This document shows positions 30,077-38,839 of a DNA stretch of 64,000 bases, in pieces. Under the pieces are notes generated by a model. It was not told the origin of the DNA, made no database searches, and saw nothing but the letters and a program-made list of their open reading frames with translations. The first letter of the stretch is position 1; every line of letters starts with the position of its first letter. Source of the DNA: an uncultured virus (IMG/VR IMGVR_UViG_3300031830_000001) (taxonomy: Duplodnaviria > Heunggongvirae > Uroviricota > Caudoviricetes); IMG/VR virus record IMGVR_UViG_3300031830_000001; one strand, given 5' to 3'. The position numbers and the translations under genes were made by a program.

Positions 30077-31047
30077 GCTAACTCCTTTCTAACCTGCTCC
30101 TCAATCCAAAAATATGTCCGCTTCAATCCCTCTTCCAAAGAAATCCTAGGAGACCAACCTAAAAGTCTTTTGATTAGTCTGTTATCGGAAGTTCTAGCCT
30201 TAACACCGACAGGTGCATTATTTAGTACATATTTTACTCGAATATTTTTTCTAGCTATGCTGCTAATCATAGAAATTAACTGATTAATCGAAACCATCTC
30301 CTCAGAGCCAATATTTACCGTCTCTTTATAAGGAGAGTTTACCAAAGCTAGCACGGCGTCTAGACAATCTTCTACGTGAAGATATGACCTGGTTTGCGTT
30401 CCATCTCCCCAGACCTCAACTTCTCCTTTATTCTTAGCTTGGGCAATTTTTCTACACAATGCTGCGATTGACTTTTCCCGACCTCCTTTCCAAGTCCCCT
30501 TCTCCCCATAAATATTGTGGAATCTAGCAACTCTTATGTCTAAATTATAATTTCTTCTATAAGAGTCATACACTATTTCACTAAACAATTTTTCCCAACC
30601 ATAAACGCTATCAGGGTTTGCTGGAAAGGCTGAATCCTCACTGATTATGATATTATCGGGGTAAAGTTGATTATGGGATGGATAAACACAAGCTGAAGAA
30701 CTGAAAAATAAAACTCCAATATTGGATTGAGAAGCCACCCGCGCCACGTTCAAATTAATCATTGCCGAATTTGTTACCAAGTCAGCATCATGTCTCCCAG
30801 TAAAAACAAAACCAGCTCCCCCCATATCAGCAGCTAATTGAAATACAAAATCAAATGAACCCTCAAAAGACTCTTTAACAACATTTATATCCCGTAAATC
30901 TCCCAAAATAAAATGGTCGGTATATACAGGCTGCCATTCATTTTGTTTTCTATCAACACCTCTAACCCAAAATCCTTCTTCTTTCAATCTATTCACCAAA
31001 TGTCCTCCAATAAACCCTCCAGCGCCTAAAACTAAAGCTCTTCTCAT
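30073..31047 (-). CDS. NAD-dependent epimerase, GDP-mannose 3,5-epimerase-like
   Basis: GAGGFIG, LAADMGGAGF, SSSACVYP, YGWEK (YxxxK), RFHNIYG..GTWKGGREK. Confidence 0.9.
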   Translation of the reverse strand: MRRALVLGAGGFIGGHLVNRLKEEGFWVRGVDRKQNEWQPVYTDHFILGDLRDINVVKESFEGSFDFVFQLAADMGGAGFVFTGRHDADLVTNSAMINLNVARVASQSNIGVLFFSSSACVYPSHNQLYPDNIIISEDSAFPANPDSVYGWEKLFSEIVYDSYRRNYNLDIRVARFHNIYGEKGTWKGGREKSIAALCRKIAQAKNKGEVEVWGDGTQTRSYLHVEDCLDAVLALVNSPYKETVNIGSEEMVSINQLISMISSIARKNIRVKYVLNNAPVGVKARTSDNRLIKRLLGWSPRISLEEGLKRTYFWIEEQVRKELA

Positions 31048-31086
31048 ATCTACCTCCTCAATAAACTATTTATTTCGTTCAAATGC

Positions 31087-31329
31087 TTAAACATCTTCTG
31101 TAAAAATTTCAGCGGGCATTGTAGAAAAAAGTCGCTTTATCAATGAATGAAATGTCATTCCTCGACCAGAACTTGCAGTTATTGAATAAATATACTCATC
31201 ACCCGCTGGAGATTTACAACTTACAGAATAAACATTACCTTCTTTACTCATTATAAAATTATATCCCTTTTTTCTTAGAAGTTTGAATTTTTTATCTTCG
31301 TCCATAAAAAGCTCCTTTCTAGTTTTCAT
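31087..31329 (-). CDS. Hypothetical protein
   Basis: ORF in operon. Confidence 0.5.
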   Translation of the reverse strand: MKTRKELFMDEDKKFKLLRKKGYNFIMSKEGNVYSVSCKSPAGDEYIYSITASSGRGMTFHSLIKRLFSTMPAEIFTEDV

Positions 31330-32314
31330 TTACTTCTCCATCAGTCATTAAACAATGAGGACTAAACCAAATTCGCTCTTTAAACCTGTTTTCAGCGTTT
31401 TTATTCTCTCGCTTACTATTACCGTAAGAACGCCACCCTATCCAACTTATTTTATACCATCCCAATTCTTCTAAAATATTATGCTCGCCTTCATAACCAC
31501 AAAGTGCAATTCTAAGGTGGGAATTATTAGAATTTTCAATGCACCAGTTTCTTACTTCTGCAGCTAAATTATCATCATCAACTGTGTAAATATTTTCTGA
31601 ACGAACTTCTTTTGAATACGGGGGGTCAAAAAATATACCTACAGTTTTAAATTCAGATAAAACTACTCCAGTAATAACACTTTTCCAATCTTCACAACAA
31701 ACCTTTACATGACGTAGTCTGTTTGATAGCTGAGTAAGATAAGCTAAAACATCAAAATCTTTACCTCTAATGATTCCGCTACTAGGTGCTGGTAGGTTAG
31801 GTCTTTTTCTACAAACACCCTCTAATCCAGCGTCTTTACCTAAAACCTTTTTCCAGTTAACCAATTTACCATCAATTTCAGTCCAGGGGGCATTTCCCTT
31901 ACACCAATCACTCCCAGCGCCCAGCCAGATAGATACCCCCCATACCCACCAGCCTGCCACCTTGGGGTCATAAAAATCAAGGTCAGTGGGAACTCTAGAT
32001 GCTAATTCAGGTTTAGCATATTTAACTAGCCAAATATGTCTAGCTGTTAAATCTGCTTCATTGACGGGATTATCTATATGCTTTGCGACCTCATCTGGCG
32101 CATTTTTAACAGCCCGCCAAAAATTAGCAACAAAATAATCTTTATCATTAATAATCTCAATTTTAGGAATCGAGGGTCTTAAAAACAAAACCGCGCCAGC
32201 ACCAAAAAATGGTTCTATATAACAATCTACATCACCAAAAAACCGCCAAACAGTGTCAGCGATACTCCTCTTATTACCAAACCAAGGAAATGGGGCAATA
32301 TATCTTTTATCCAT
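31319..32314 (-). CDS. DNA adenine methyltransferase (D12/Dam-like class)
   Basis: PFPWFGNK, YIEPFFGAG, FFDPPY. Confidence 0.9.
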   Translation of the reverse strand: MDKRYIAPFPWFGNKRSIADTVWRFFGDVDCYIEPFFGAGAVLFLRPSIPKIEIINDKDYFVANFWRAVKNAPDEVAKHIDNPVNEADLTARHIWLVKYAKPELASRVPTDLDFYDPKVAGWWVWGVSIWLGAGSDWCKGNAPWTEIDGKLVNWKKVLGKDAGLEGVCRKRPNLPAPSSGIIRGKDFDVLAYLTQLSNRLRHVKVCCEDWKSVITGVVLSEFKTVGIFFDPPYSKEVRSENIYTVDDDNLAAEVRNWCIENSNNSHLRIALCGYEGEHNILEELGWYKISWIGWRSYGNSKRENKNAENRFKERIWFSPHCLMTDGEVNEN

Positions 32315-32318
32315 TATC

Positions 32319-32771
32319 CTAATACTCCTTGGGTTTAATCAAAATAATCTCCTTACTGGGTAAATATCCTAAATATTTGATAGCTAGGTTCTTTACATCT
32401 TCCCAATTCAAACCTCCTAAACCACATCCTACAGCAGGCAATGCAATATATCTAGATTCCTCTATATAACTTAGCATATCAAACCCTTTCTCTATCCACT
32501 CAAGTTTTGATTTATCTCTCCAGTGGTCTTTTGTAGCAAATAAAATCCAAGCAGGTCGAATATCACCATAGAAACAGACCCTTACCACATCACCTGGTGA
32601 AAACGAACCGCGATTGCAAATCTCTTTATATGCAGTAAAAAGAATCTTATGGCGAGACATAATGTCTTTAGCCAATCCAGCACCCGCAACGCCAACACAG
32701 TTTACAGGTACAACAATTTCAAAATGTGAAGGTGTATCAAAAATATTGAAATAATTAGCTATCCTCAGCAC
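32319..32771 (-). CDS. Macrodomain protein, DarG/TARG1-like
   Basis: VNCVGVAGAGLA, FATKDHW..KS, IALPAVGCGLGGLNW. Confidence 0.85.
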   Translation of the reverse strand: MLRIANYFNIFDTPSHFEIVVPVNCVGVAGAGLAKDIMSRHKILFTAYKEICNRGSFSPGDVVRVCFYGDIRPAWILFATKDHWRDKSKLEWIEKGFDMLSYIEESRYIALPAVGCGLGGLNWEDVKNLAIKYLGYLPSKEIILIKPKEY

Positions 32772-32901
32772 TTTCCTTTTCTTCTTTCTTTTTATTTATT
32801 TCATCCAAAATAATCTGCTCAGTGTCCAATTCTGCGTGCTGTTCATCATCTTCGTCATAGTAAACAATACAATAGCCATCTCTATATTGATTAGGAAACA
32901 T
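32755..32901 (-). CDS. Small acidic hypothetical protein (48 aa)
   Basis: Hand translation MFPNQYRDGYCIVYYDEDDEQHAELD...; GGAGGAG RBS; fills the gap between ORFs. Confidence 0.55.
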   Translation of the reverse strand: MFPNQYRDGYCIVYYDEDDEQHAELDTEQIILDEINKKKEEKESAEDS

Positions 32902-33112
32902 ACTCCTCCTGCTTAATTCTTCTAATATTTACAATAATTATATTTTCATCTAAACTATCCGAAGTAATCTCTACGTGGAATTTTCTTGCCAAGTCTTCTA
33001 ACTCATCGAGAGAGATTGAAAAAACAGCCTCATCTGCGTCCTTAACAAGTTCCTTATAGACTAGTCCTAAACTAACAGTAGCTATAACATAATCTTCTTC
33101 TGGATTATTCAT
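32891..33112 (-). CDS. Hypothetical protein
   Basis: AAAGGAG RBS; acidic 73 aa. Confidence 0.55.
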   Translation of the reverse strand: MNNPEEDYVIATVSLGLVYKELVKDADEAVFSISLDELEDLARKFHVEITSDSLDENIIIVNIRRIKQEEYVS

Positions 33113-33128
33113 TCTATGGTCTCCTTTC

Positions 33129-33884
33129 TTATGCAAAAATTAAATCTAATTTTCCAGCACAATTAGCCCAAAATGGACATAACTTTTCATTACAAAACGG
33201 ACTGCTTGTGTTCAGTGGAAAATTATTATTTTTTATAAATAAATTCATCCTATACCAAACAAACTCTAAAAGAGCGTCCAATTTGTCCTCCACATCCTCC
33301 TTTGATAAATTAACTACATAAGTTTCAATTCGAAACCCACTATTTTTTGAGAATGAAATAAATTTAAATTTATTACCTATGCCAAATGTAGTTCGTACTC
33401 CTCTCAAATAAATAGCAGGTTGTAACCAATAACTTTCCCAGTGAAATTTACTGCCGAAAGTCTTAAAATCTACAACCGTACCATCTGCTAAAACACAGTC
33501 AACAAATCCCTTTATTGGGATAGGAATTGACGCTGAGCTAAATTGAAATTCTTTTTCTAGAACTGGTTCAGCGTCTATATAGTATGGCTGTAGTTTAGAT
33601 AATTCACTCTCTATATGGGGTGATGAAAATAATAAATTACCTTTTTGAACGTAATCACTTGGTAAAGACAACTTCGATTTTTGACAAGTGGACTCCCAAA
33701 TATCTTCTAATTTTTGCTGCTTATTAGATAAAAATTGCGCAACAGTTTGGTGGAATAAAGAGCCGAATAAGGTATCGATAGTTTGAGGTTTAGGCTCCTT
33801 ATCAATATAAATTCGCTTCCACCTCTGGGCGCAATCTAAAAAAGTCGATATACTCGAATAGGATAAATGGTCTGTAGGAAACAA
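33129..33884 (-). CDS. PD-(D/E)xK nuclease (RecB/Cas4-like exonuclease)
   Basis: LSYSSI..C, FGSLFH, E..GFVD..VVDFKT, Q..IY, C-terminal C...C.F...C. Confidence 0.85.
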   Translation of the reverse strand: MFPTDHLSYSSISTFLDCAQRWKRIYIDKEPKPQTIDTLFGSLFHQTVAQFLSNKQQKLEDIWESTCQKSKLSLPSDYVQKGNLLFSSPHIESELSKLQPYYIDAEPVLEKEFQFSSASIPIPIKGFVDCVLADGTVVDFKTFGSKFHWESYWLQPAIYLRGVRTTFGIGNKFKFISFSKNSGFRIETYVVNLSKEDVEDKLDALLEFVWYRMNLFIKNNNFPLNTSSPFCNEKLCPFWANCAGKLDLIFA

Positions 33885-33917
33885 TGTCTAATCCTCGCTT
33901 TCTTCTAAAATTTTTAA

Positions 33918-33991
33918 TGCCCCAGGCAGGATTCGAACCTGCATGACTAACGGTTTAGAAGACCGCTGTTCGTCCATTGAACTACTGGGGC
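33918..33991 (-). tRNA. tRNA-Arg (anticodon UCU), CCA not encoded
   Basis: Cloverleaf: acceptor GCCCCAG/CTGGGGC, D stem GTTC/GAAC, anticodon stem GCGGT/ACCGT with loop CTTCTAA, T arm GCAGG-TTCGAAT-CCTGC. Confidence 0.9.
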
Positions 33992-33998
33992 GAAAAAA

Positions 33999-34322
33999 TT
34001 AACCCTCTAACACCTCTACAAAAATTGAACAATTATCTAGATACTCAACAATAAAATTTCCAGAGATTAAAATAGTTCGAGGGTAGGAAAAAATTCCTAA
34101 TCTAGACACATTTACGCCCTCTTTAAAAGATTTTATTTTTTCCCTTATCTCAGCATTAGAATAAAAAGAGTAAACGGGTACTCCCCAAATTTTATAAAGA
34201 GCCTGACCATTAAGAGTTTTTATTTCTGGGTTAAGTAGATAAAAATCTTCAAAAGGTGTTTTCATAATCGCAGCGACAGGTACTTGTTTATAAACTTTTT
34301 CATCATATACAAAAGCGTTCAT
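33999..34322 (-). CDS. Hypothetical protein
   Basis: AAAGGAG RBS before 34322; consensus promoter upstream. Confidence 0.6.
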   Translation of the reverse strand: MNAFVYDEKVYKQVPVAAIMKTPFEDFYLLNPEIKTLNGQALYKIWGVPVYSFYSNAEIREKIKSFKEGVNVSRLGIFSYPRTILISGNFIVEYLDNCSIFVEVLEG

Positions 34323-34383
34323 TTTTTTTTCTCCTTTCATAAAGTGTGCTATTTGTTGAAAAATTTTCAACAATTCTGTCAGT

Positions 34384-34412
34384 ATTATAGCACACTTTTT
34401 CAAGTTTGTCAA
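34384..34412 (-). promoter_or_regulatory. Sigma70/SigA consensus promoter
   Basis: TTGACA-17 nt-TATAAT with TG extension. Confidence 0.85.
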
Positions 34413-35080
34413 GAGATTGATTCTGGAATTCTATTATCCTTTCTAACTAGCTCATCACCGGTCAAATCAAAGACAGTATCACAATAAGTACCATCTGAAA
34501 ACTTTCTTTTGCAATGGAACCTCAATTTAGCCTTTTTGCTTTCTGGATAGAGCATCCAGACTGACGCAACCCAAGTTCCGCATTTCGGACAAAGAACAAT
34601 CTTCATTTTAGACTCATAGAATCTCTTAGCTTTCTGTTTCAGGCTCTCAACAAAGTCAATGATAGACTCCTGCTCGCTAGCTTTTCGATTTCGCCGAGTA
34701 ATACCAAGACTGTCCTGTAACTTGTTAATATCATTGCGCAGATTAGACTTAATATTATTTAACTTTTCCAACCTGACGATATCAACCTCATCAAATCCTC
34801 CCTCACCCTCTTGTAATTTATAGGAGTATCTTTCAAAATCTTCAAGGCTAATAAACGCCTGAGCTAAAGCCCTTAAAGCTAATAAGTCATTAATTTTCAA
34901 GTCAGACAAATCATAATCACGAGAAAATTCATTTATTTTATCTTGGATTCGCTTCTCAAATTCTTGAGTAAGCGATACGCCCGTAACCATTTCAGAGTAA
35001 ATTTTATCAAACTCCTCGTCAGATAAATTCCTATATTGCTTAAGATTTCTAATCCTGTTTTTAGATATATAATCTTTCAT
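34409..35080 (-). CDS. Hypothetical protein, possible terminase small subunit, with C-terminal Zn ribbon
   Basis: Helical region ending LQDSLGITRRNR (like P27-type TerS LGLT..R); CPKC and C..C at C-terminus. Confidence 0.4.
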   Translation of the reverse strand: MKDYISKNRIRNLKQYRNLSDEEFDKIYSEMVTGVSLTQEFEKRIQDKINEFSRDYDLSDLKINDLLALRALAQAFISLEDFERYSYKLQEGEGGFDEVDIVRLEKLNNIKSNLRNDINKLQDSLGITRRNRKASEQESIIDFVESLKQKAKRFYESKMKIVLCPKCGTWVASVWMLYPESKKAKLRFHCKRKFSDGTYCDTVFDLTGDELVRKDNRIPESIS

Positions 35081-35304
35081 TCGAGCAAATCTCCTAAACT
35101 CATCTTATAACTTTTGTACCTCATCAGGCTGTCAATTAAACTCTCCGTCAACAGAGAATCATCCTTCGAATATAAAAATCGGATAAGCGCTGTCAAGTCC
35201 TCTCTCGTAAGGTAAACTACTACCAGATTGTGGCTTTGTGCACACTTTACCGCATCGATTGATGCGTTATACTCAGCATTGCAATAAACACATCTATAAG
35301 CCAT
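35077..35304 (-). CDS. Small Zn-finger-like protein
   Basis: YRCVYC..Y..A..C...H; AAAGGAGG RBS. Confidence 0.6.
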   Translation of the reverse strand: MAYRCVYCNAEYNASIDAVKCAQSHNLVVVYLTREDLTALIRFLYSKDDSLLTESLIDSLMRYKSYKMSLGDLLE

Positions 35305-35341
35305 AAAACCTCCTTTATTATAATTATAACTCTTTTATTGC

Positions 35342-35370
35342 ATTTTAGCGCATAATCAACCTATTGTCAA
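35342..35370 (-). promoter_or_regulatory. Leftward sigma70-type promoter
   Basis: TTGACA-17 nt-TAAAAT. Confidence 0.7.
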
Positions 35371-35373
35371 GGC

Positions 35374-35402
35374 TTGACAAGTTACAGTTAGTTTGGTATT
35401 CT
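35374..35402 (+). promoter_or_regulatory. Rightward sigma70-type promoter
   Basis: TTGACA-17 nt-TATTCT with TG extension. Confidence 0.65.
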
Positions 35403-35698
35403 TAGGTATAAGCTAAAAGCAAAGATTCTAATACTCTTCTTATAGAAAATTAACAAAACTCTAACGAAAAAACCCTTGACAAGTCTTGACTTTTCTGCTA
35501 AAAAATAGGTAAAATTGCGGGGACAAGACTTGGATAATAAATAAAAAATAAATTACAATGACCGTAAGCGGTGAACGGAATTCGGAATAAACTAAACGCT
35601 TATTAACGATAAACGCAATTAAACTTAGGATAATTATGATAAAAATAAAAAATTATAGATGAACTAACTGCCCAATAATTTTTCCGAAAGGAGGTTTA

Positions 35699-37804
35699 AT
35701 GCGTACAGATAAGCAAGCCGAGGTTTTAGAAAAATTGCAAAATTTTCTGCAAAATTGCAGAGTTCTTTGCATTGACCTCGAAACAAGCGGATTAGATTTT
35801 CTTACCGATTCTGTTTTGTTAATTGGTCTTTTTATACCGAATAGTATCAACTTCGTTGATTCTAATAGAGCGTGCTTAAAAGATAAAACTGATTTTCAAG
35901 CGGATGCTGTTCTCCCACCCACCCACCCTTTCCGCTCAGAACAAAAAAATTTAGAGTCGGATTCAGCCTCCTTAACCGAGTCTTCCGAAAATAGAACAAT
36001 TGTTCTACAAAAAGATTTGGATTTTTTTCGGGACTTTCAAACCGATTTTTCCGAAAGCGGAACAATCGTTCTACAAAAAGATGAGGGCATTCTTATAATT
36101 ATAAATCCTCGTCAAACCGCCCCGATTGTGAAATTTTTTACAAGTTTACAAGATAAATTATTTATCGGGCATCATCTTAAGTTTGATTTGAAGTTTATTT
36201 ACGCTAAATATGGTGTTTTGTTAAAAAGTATTTTTGATATTTTTATTGCTGAGGGCGTATTAACCGCGGGTTTAGGTAGTTCATTTTTATCCTTAAACGA
36301 CTTGACAAATAAATATTTTGGTGTACAATTAGAAAAGGAGATAAGAGATACTTTTATCGGTAAAGAAAATGATGAATTTTCTGAGGAGCAAATAGATTAT
36401 TTGATAAATGACCTAAAATACCTTGATAGGATATACTTAAAACAGGTAGAGCTTTCTAAGGAATTTAATTTAGAACACGTCTTAGATTTGGAAATGAAAC
36501 TCGTTCCTGTAGTTACGATGATGGAATATCTAGGCATAAAAATTGATACCGATACTTGGACTCAAACATTACCTCTTCTTGAATCAAGAAGAGATGAAGA
36601 AGAGAGAAATTTGAAATCTTATTTGTTTAATCATTTGATTGACCGTTTGGAAGGTAAGAATCTTTTAGAAATTTGTGAAAAGTTGAGCATACCCGTAAAG
36701 ACTAAAAAAGCTAAACAATTTTTAGAGACTGTTTATGATATTGATTATATAAAAGATTGGTTACTAAGTAATATTAACTTAGATTCTCCTAAACAGGTAT
36801 TGTCGATTCTACATTTGCTGGGAGTAAATGTACCGAATACAAACGAACAAACATTACAAGACTATCTATCCCATGATATTATAAAAATGCTTTTAAAATA
36901 TCGAGAAATACAAAAGTTGTTAACAACTTATGGTACAAATATTATTAGTAAGATTCACCCTTTAACAGGATGTCTCCATCCTGAATTTAATCAGGTAGGT
37001 GCAGCTACTGGTAGATTTAGCTCAAGCAACCCTAATTGTCAGAATATTCCCGCTACTGAGGAGTTTAGAAAGATGTTTATCGCTCGACCTGGGTTTTTAA
37101 TTTTAACTGCTGATTATAATCAGCAGGAGTATAGATTAGCTGGGGCATTATCGGGAGATAAAAAGATTATAAATGCTTACAAAGCGGGACATGATATTCA
37201 TACGGCTACAGCTTCAATTGCTTATAAAGTGCCTTTAGAACAGGTAACTAAAGAACAGAGAACAGATGGAAAAAAAATTAATTTTTTGACTTTGTATGGC
37301 GGTTCTGCAATGAAATTGCACAAAGTTTTAGGATTTAATTTGGAGTATGCGCAAGAAATCATTGATTCAATAAATACGTCTTATGTAACTTCAGTGCAAT
37401 TTAGAAAATTGTTTGGTGAGAAAACTTTTGAGCGGGGTTATTCTGTTACAGCTTTTGGAAGAAGACGGTGGTATGAAAAGCCAGCTATCTACAATTCGGT
37501 TGATGAGTTTAAAGAGTTAAAATCTAGGATTATGAGACAGGGCTATAATGCGCTTATTCAAGGCACGGGGGCAGATATTGTTAAACTAGCAATGGTTAGA
37601 TGTTTTTATGAAAATCCTTTCGGATTAGATAAGTTTAGAATTATTTTACAAGTGCATGATGAAATTGTGTTTGAGGTTGCGGAGGAGATAATTAATGATG
37701 CTAAAGATTTTGTTATAAAAACGATGGAGGAGGTAGAACAAAAATTTTTGGGCGAAATACCCGCCGTTGTTGAGGTGAAGATTAACAAACATTGGACAAA
37801 ATAA
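35699..37804 (+). CDS. polA: DNA polymerase family A with 3'-5' exonuclease
   Basis: DLETSG, HHLKFDL, TGRFSSSNPN, ADYNQQEYR (motif A), R..GK.INF..LYG (motif B), QVHDE (motif C). Confidence 0.95.
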   Translation: MRTDKQAEVLEKLQNFLQNCRVLCIDLETSGLDFLTDSVLLIGLFIPNSINFVDSNRACLKDKTDFQADAVLPPTHPFRSEQKNLESDSASLTESSENRTIVLQKDLDFFRDFQTDFSESGTIVLQKDEGILIIINPRQTAPIVKFFTSLQDKLFIGHHLKFDLKFIYAKYGVLLKSIFDIFIAEGVLTAGLGSSFLSLNDLTNKYFGVQLEKEIRDTFIGKENDEFSEEQIDYLINDLKYLDRIYLKQVELSKEFNLEHVLDLEMKLVPVVTMMEYLGIKIDTDTWTQTLPLLESRRDEEERNLKSYLFNHLIDRLEGKNLLEICEKLSIPVKTKKAKQFLETVYDIDYIKDWLLSNINLDSPKQVLSILHLLGVNVPNTNEQTLQDYLSHDIIKMLLKYREIQKLLTTYGTNIISKIHPLTGCLHPEFNQVGAATGRFSSSNPNCQNIPATEEFRKMFIARPGFLILTADYNQQEYRLAGALSGDKKIINAYKAGHDIHTATASIAYKVPLEQVTKEQRTDGKKINFLTLYGGSAMKLHKVLGFNLEYAQEIIDSINTSYVTSVQFRKLFGEKTFERGYSVTAFGRRRWYEKPAIYNSVDEFKELKSRIMRQGYNALIQGTGADIVKLAMVRCFYENPFGLDKFRIILQVHDEIVFEVAEEIINDAKDFVIKTMEEVEQKFLGEIPAVVEVKINKHWTK
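35974..36082. repeat. 66-bp period direct repeat inside the polymerase 5' region, each copy with a GAAC-N4-GTTC palindrome
   Basis: AGAACAATTGTTCTACAAAAAGAT at 35993 and GGAACAATCGTTCTACAAAAAGAT at 36059. Confidence 0.85.
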
Positions 37805-37816
37805 ATAGGAGATTTT

Positions 37817-38839
37817 ATGATAAAGAAAAAACAATTTGAAAATTTACTTGAAGAGTTAGCTGAGTATATAACGAATCCTGATGACACTTTGAAGGTAATC
37901 TCATCTGGAATTGTTAGTTTAGACATTATTTTGGGAACTGGAGGGATTCCTTTAGGTAGATTTATAGAGTTATTTGGTCCTCCTGCCAGTGGTAAAACGA
38001 CAATTGCGATGACAATTGTTAGTGAGTTTTTAAAAGCTGATGATAGGTTTGTATCATATTGTGATGCTGAGCAGGGGTTATCTGAGTCTTTTATTAGTTA
38101 TTTTATTACGCCTGAATTGCGAGAGAGATTTTTGCTACTTCAGCCCGGCACTCTAGAAGATGCGCTTACAGTTTGCGAAAAGGCGATTAATTCAAAGTCA
38201 TGCAGCCTTGTTATTTTAGACTCAATTGGGTCTTTAGTTCCTCAGGCGGTTTTGAAAAATAATTTGGGCGATAGTCATGTTGCTGTTTTATCTAGAATCT
38301 TTACCCAGTTTTTACAGCGAAATATGTCTAATGCGCGAATAAATGCGTGTACTTTTATCGGAATCAACCAGGTTAGAGCTGACTTTGGTAGTTATATAAA
38401 GTCATTTGCTACACCAGGTGGGTTTGCTTGGAAGCATCTAATTACTTTAGGCATTGAGTTAAAGTTCCCTAGTATGATAAAGCAGGGAGATGATAAAATC
38501 GGTCAGAATACTCCGATTGTAATAAAGAAGAACAAGTTAGCGACCCCTTTACGTAGTTTTCCAGTTCCGATTATTTATGGGAAGGGCGTAGATAAGATTA
38601 GAGATATTATTCAATTTGGCGAGGTTGCTGGTATAATTAATAAAAGAGGCTCGTATTATGTCTTTGATGATATAAATCTTGGATTAGGTATGAATAATGC
38701 GATTAAATTTTTAGAATCTAGTCCAGAAGTACTTGACAAAATCAAAGAAAGGTGCTATAATTTACTTGAAAAATTTGATAACGTATCTTTTGAGGTTCTA
38801 GAGAAAGGAGATGATGATGCCGAGGTCGATTTCAGTTGA
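37817..38839 (+). CDS. recA: RecA/UvsX-like recombinase
   Basis: GGIPLGRFIELFGPPASGKTT, DAEQ, VILDS, INQVR, TPGG, KNK. Confidence 0.92.
   Translation: MIKKKQFENLLEELAEYITNPDDTLKVISSGIVSLDIILGTGGIPLGRFIELFGPPASGKTTIAMTIVSEFLKADDRFVSYCDAEQGLSESFISYFITPELRERFLLLQPGTLEDALTVCEKAINSKSCSLVILDSIGSLVPQAVLKNNLGDSHVAVLSRIFTQFLQRNMSNARINACTFIGINQVRADFGSYIKSFATPGGFAWKHLITLGIELKFPSMIKQGDDKIGQNTPIVIKKNKLATPLRSFPVPIIYGKGVDKIRDIIQFGEVAGIINKRGSYYVFDDINLGLGMNNAIKFLESSPEVLDKIKERCYNLLEKFDNVSFEVLEKGDDDAEVDFS
38733..38761 (+). promoter_or_regulatory. Consensus promoter inside recA 3' end
   Basis: TTGACA-17 nt-TATAAT with TG extension. Confidence 0.85.

Noticed and set aside
27303..31047. Host LPS/capsule locus indicating a prophage boundary or chimera
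   Set aside because: Genes overlap the terminase, look similar in composition, and are flanked by phage genes on both sides
33129..33884. Cas4-like nuclease as part of a CRISPR-Cas locus
   Set aside because: Stand-alone PD-(D/E)xK exonucleases are common in phages; no cas1/cas2 or array seen
33950..33965. CTA in the tRNA anticodon loop suggesting an amber suppressor and genetic recoding
   Set aside because: Stem pairing places the 7-nt loop as CTTCTAA, so the anticodon is TCT. Long ORFs are intact in the standard code and TAG is used as a real stop.
35837..36082. Intein or intron in the DNA polymerase
   Set aside because: Insert is short and in frame, with no recognisable intein splicing motifs (no C-terminal HN) or homing endonuclease motifs
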